From the NCBI RefSeq assembly GCF_009914755.1, contig NC_060945.1: a DNA stretch of 64,000 bases, one strand, 5' to 3'. The position numbers were made by a program, and so were the translations under genes. This document shows, piece by piece, positions 60,338-64,000 of the stretch. Source of the DNA: the human T2T-CHM13v2.0 reference genome, Homo sapiens. Each line of letters begins with the position of its first letter. Within the stretch, counting starts at the first letter, position 1. A model generated the notes under the pieces. It worked only from the letters and a program-made list of their open reading frames with translations. It searched no databases and was not told the DNA's origin.

Positions 60338-60941
60338 AACTCTTCTTTTTTTCTCTGTCTTTCCATACTGTACTGTTTGGAAGGAAGTCATCTTGTGTAG
60401 TGCACACTTAAAGGGTGGAGAGTTGTGCTCTGCCTCACTGAGGATGGAGTGTCTGTATAAATTATTTAGACTAGTATTATCTTGGGAGATTTATCTGCTC
60501 TCACACTTATTTATTTTTCCAATCATTTATTTATTTAAGCATGAACGCATGGATTTAAAAACAATTCTTGGGTTTATAGTTCCATGTTGCATTTTTTTTC
60601 TCTCAAATTGCTCCAGCTTTGCCCATTGGGGGCACTTTCAGTTGGTTCCTGTGTCCCTTTGACATACCCACATCATTGTGTGTGTGTGTTTTGTTTTTAA
60701 GCACCTCTTTCCTTTCTGGTACTACTGAAAGTGATGATGCTCCAGGCTCATTTTGTGTATAGTATTTCCTGCCCTTGTGCTAGGATCAGCCATTTATCCA
60801 AGGAGTCCTGGTTCCTTTTATTGGAGAATAATATAAGAAACCAATATCTAGGTGCTGAATGTATTTGTTGCTCTGGGAGTTTTGTTGCTTTTAGGCCATC
60901 TTAGCTGACAGAGCAAAGGAGATATATGTTTGTATACTAAC

Positions 60942-61069
60942 TAACCTGTATACATGCACATGTCTATAGATATTTCTATATGTAACCATCTGTATCTTTC
61001 TTGAGCTAACCTGTGTGTATATACATCTATAGATATTTCTATATGTAATCATCTGTACATTTCTTGAGC
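60942..61069. repeat. Two-copy ~64 bp tandem duplication within L1
   Basis: taacctg...tctatagatatttctatatgtaa(c/t)catctgta...ttcttgagc at 60942-61006 and 61007-61069. Confidence 0.85.
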
Positions 61070-62392
61070 ATTAGTTCATACTGACATTTGTAACTTGAAT
61101 CCATTGCCACACGGATTATTCTAGCCTTCTCCCCTTGCTGGCTTCTCACTCCAACAGTGAGAAACTGGTTTGCACCATCCACTATTGATTTACTTAATTG
61201 TTCACCTTTAGTATACATGTATAGCAGTATGAGGATTGTTATCTTGTACTCCTTGGTAAACAACTTTATCAATTAGAGTACAGTGCTTATGTACTTCAGT
61301 GCTTACAGTTCCTTTTTCCTTCAACCTTAGAGATTCTACTCATTTCTAAAATGACTTAGGTCAGCACCTTATTCTCCAACCCCTTTGTTAAGGTTGTTTA
61401 ATATATTTTTAATACAGTTAGATTGTTTTGTCACTTTCCGCATCCTGTCTTGAGATTGGACATCCTAAATGACGTTTTAAAATAAAGTACATACATTAAG
61501 GTTTAATTTTTGTGTTGTAAAGTTCTATGGTTTTTGAGAACTGCTTAATGTCTTGTAGTTATCATTAGAGTATCATACAGGGTAGTTTCACTGACCTAAA
61601 AATCCCCTGTGCTTCATCTCTTTATCTCTGCCCCTGAATCCCTGATAATCACTGATCTGTCAACCATCTCTATAATTTTGCCTTTTCCAGAATGTCATAT
61701 AGTTGGAGTGATACAGTATGTAGCTTTAGTGGTATGCATTTAAAGTTAGTCTGTCTTCATATCTTGATAGTTCATTTCTTTTTATCACTGAATAATATTC
61801 TGTTGTATAAATATACCTTGATTTGTTTATCCATTCACTTATTGAAAGATGTCTTGGTTGCTTCCAGTTTTTGGCAGTTATGAATAAAGCTGCTATAAAC
61901 ATTTGTGTGCAGGTTTTTGTGTGGATATAAATTTTCAATTCATTTGGGCAAATACCAGGGAGCACAATTGCTGGATCATATTGTAAAAGTATGTGTAATT
62001 TATAAGAAACTAGCAAACTCTTTTCCAAAGTGGCTGTACTATTTTGCATTTCCACCAGCAGTGAATGAGATTTCTTGCTGTTCTACATCCTTGCAAACAT
62101 TTAGTATTTTCAGATTTTTTGATATTAATAATTCTAACAGGTGTGAGGTAGTATCTTGTTTTAATATGCAGTTTCCTAATTTTGATGTGTTTAATGTGGT
62201 GAGCCAGTTTTGAAAACTGACTCTTCTGTACCTCTTTCAAGTAAATTTTTACTTTTCCAAATGACTTGTCTCCGAATCTTTACTGACACTGTACACGTTG
62301 GTTTGTGGTCAGCATCTTATTAGCCTGAGCTATTATATACTAATTATGATGATGATTATTATACATTTCTTGTGAGGGTTGCTCTTTCTTTC

Positions 62393-62716
62393 ATTTTTTT
62401 TTTTTTCCTATTGAGACAGGGCCTCACTCTGTCACCCAGGCTGGAGTGCAGTGGTGCAATCATGGCTCACTGCAGCCTTTGACTTCCTGGACTGAAGTGA
62501 TCCCCCTGCCACAGCCTCCTGAGTAGTTGGGACCACCTGTACACACCACCATGCCCAGCTAATTAAAGAAAATTATTTGTAGAGGTGTGGTCTCACTGTG
62601 TTGCCCACACATTTGCCACTGTGGTGTTGTGGTCTCAAACTTCTGGGCTCAAGTGATCCTCCTGCTTTGGCCTCCCAAAGTGTTGGGATTACAGGTGTGA
62701 GCCACCTTACCTGGCC
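62393..62716 (-). mobile_element. AluJ SINE
   Basis: 15-bp TSD gagggttgctctttc on both sides. Confidence 0.93.
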
Positions 62717-63779
62717 GAGGGTTGCTCTTTCCATGAGTCATTTACACTGAACTATTAATGCCTTTGCAGGAAGCTACAGAGGCCAGCTTCTAGGACCACA
62801 TGGGAATTTTGGGATAAAATGTATTATCTAGACTTTAGGAAATTACTTCCAGTAGTAATGAATTCCAGATTTCAACATGCCACTACTGCTAAAAAGTTGT
62901 GCTTGGTGTCCGTTTATCTTCCAGATAAAGCACCGCCAGCAAGCCCCTTCCTTGGCCTCGCATTCCAGATCTTCTCGCATTGGCTTGTAGGCTCTCTCTC
63001 TAGCTTGACCTACCATTTCTCCCTTTTAGTTGGTTTATGCTCCAGACAAACCGGGATGAGCCGCTGGCCTTGCTCTTGCTTTCCACCTGCTAGGACTGCC
63101 CTTCTGCAGACTGCATAAGCAGTCCTGCCCACACAGCCCCATACAGACACACCTCGTCTGTCCATGCGGAGTTCTTACCTACCCAGGGCCTGCTTTTGAA
63201 TGTTGTCCCTCACTAACGACCACCTCATGAAGGCAGAGTGAGATTTCTTCCTTACTTTGCACATGGTTATGCATGTACCTGACCCTCTTCTTGAGACAGT
63301 GTGGGCTCCCTGAAGATGTGCCTGCACCTGCTGACGCCATGCTCCGCTACTTGCATGGTGCACGAGGGAGCACAGGACAGGCTGCACGCACTCCTTAGAG
63401 CACCTGCCATTCCAGCAGCCTCTCGATGGTGCTGGTGCTGATGAGAATGACGCTGCAGATGTGCAGCCATGTGAGTCTGCTTCATTGTCTCCTCCCAGAA
63501 CTTTCCCAAAGGAGGAGCCAGTGCTGTTGTCTTGGCCCTGCTTCTGATTTCTGTTTTCTTCATTTGCATGCAATATTTTATTGTTGTCTTATGAAAGGGG
63601 CCTGTTGCCAGGACAGCTAGGGGTGGGGTATGTGCAGAGCCACTTGGTCACACTCCAGTTGTGTTCTTCCTTTATTTCAGTTTTGGGGATGGGAGAATAT
63701 AAACGTTGTACACTTCTGTCCTCTTGTTTTGTCTTTCCTCTAAGGGCTAGTAGTTCCCACACACTCTTCTGAATGTACT

Positions 63780-64000
63780 GCCTATGCTCTGTGTTTTCGT
63801 TCTCTTCAGCGTGGTTGGTTGCGCCTCCATTTCCCTCACTCCTTTGGGGTCTCATCTCTTCTCTCGACTTTAAATACTGGCTGTGCTCTGATGACTCTTG
63901 CTCTGGGACTCTCCCATCAACTCCAGACTAATTTGTCTCAGTGCCTATTTGACATTTCCATTTGCAAGTCTAATAAGCATTTGAGACTGAATATGTCCAA
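63780..64000 (+). mobile_element. L2 LINE fragment (runs off the window)
   Basis: aactccagact...tgcctatttgacatttccatttgcaagtctaataagcatttgagactgaatatgtccaa. Confidence 0.7.

Larger units (their letters stand above)
59250..62190 (-). mobile_element. L1MC/MD-family 3' region
   Basis: attattattaactaaagtccatac, ttttctgttccaggatcc and tatgaataaagctgctataaacatt. Confidence 0.8.

Noticed and set aside
63175-63573. 132 aa minus-strand ORF ending at a strong donor (AG|GTAAGA)
   Set aside because: There is no recognisable protein similarity and no convincing paired acceptor.

Overview
This is primate, most likely human or great-ape, genomic DNA, judged from AluY/S/J, L1PA2-L1PA7, THE1 and LTR13 elements. 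It is mostly interspersed repeats with a few unique stretches (~22.8-25.3, 47.5-51 and 54.4-59.2 kb). I find no supportable protein-coding exon, RNA gene or CpG island, and the ORF track consists of repeat fragments and chance ORFs. The main result is structural. Two inverted Tigger1 copies (26036-29320 + and 52094-53205 -) share a ~620 bp tract with only 3 mismatches. The Charlie1a transposon that hosted one of them is split into halves 25 kb apart and in opposite orientation. This points to a ~24 kb inversion mediated by Tigger1-Tigger1 recombination, with recent sequence exchange between the arms, so it may be polymorphic or recurrent. Other events are an L1PA2 insertion carrying a ~540 bp 3' transduction, two twin-primed (5'-inverted) L1s, a four-level nested L1 stack, a solo LTR13 and a 52 bp palindromic templated-insertion scar. 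Subfamily names come from recalled consensus sequences and need RepeatMasker/Dfam confirmation. I cannot tell whether the inversion is already catalogued.
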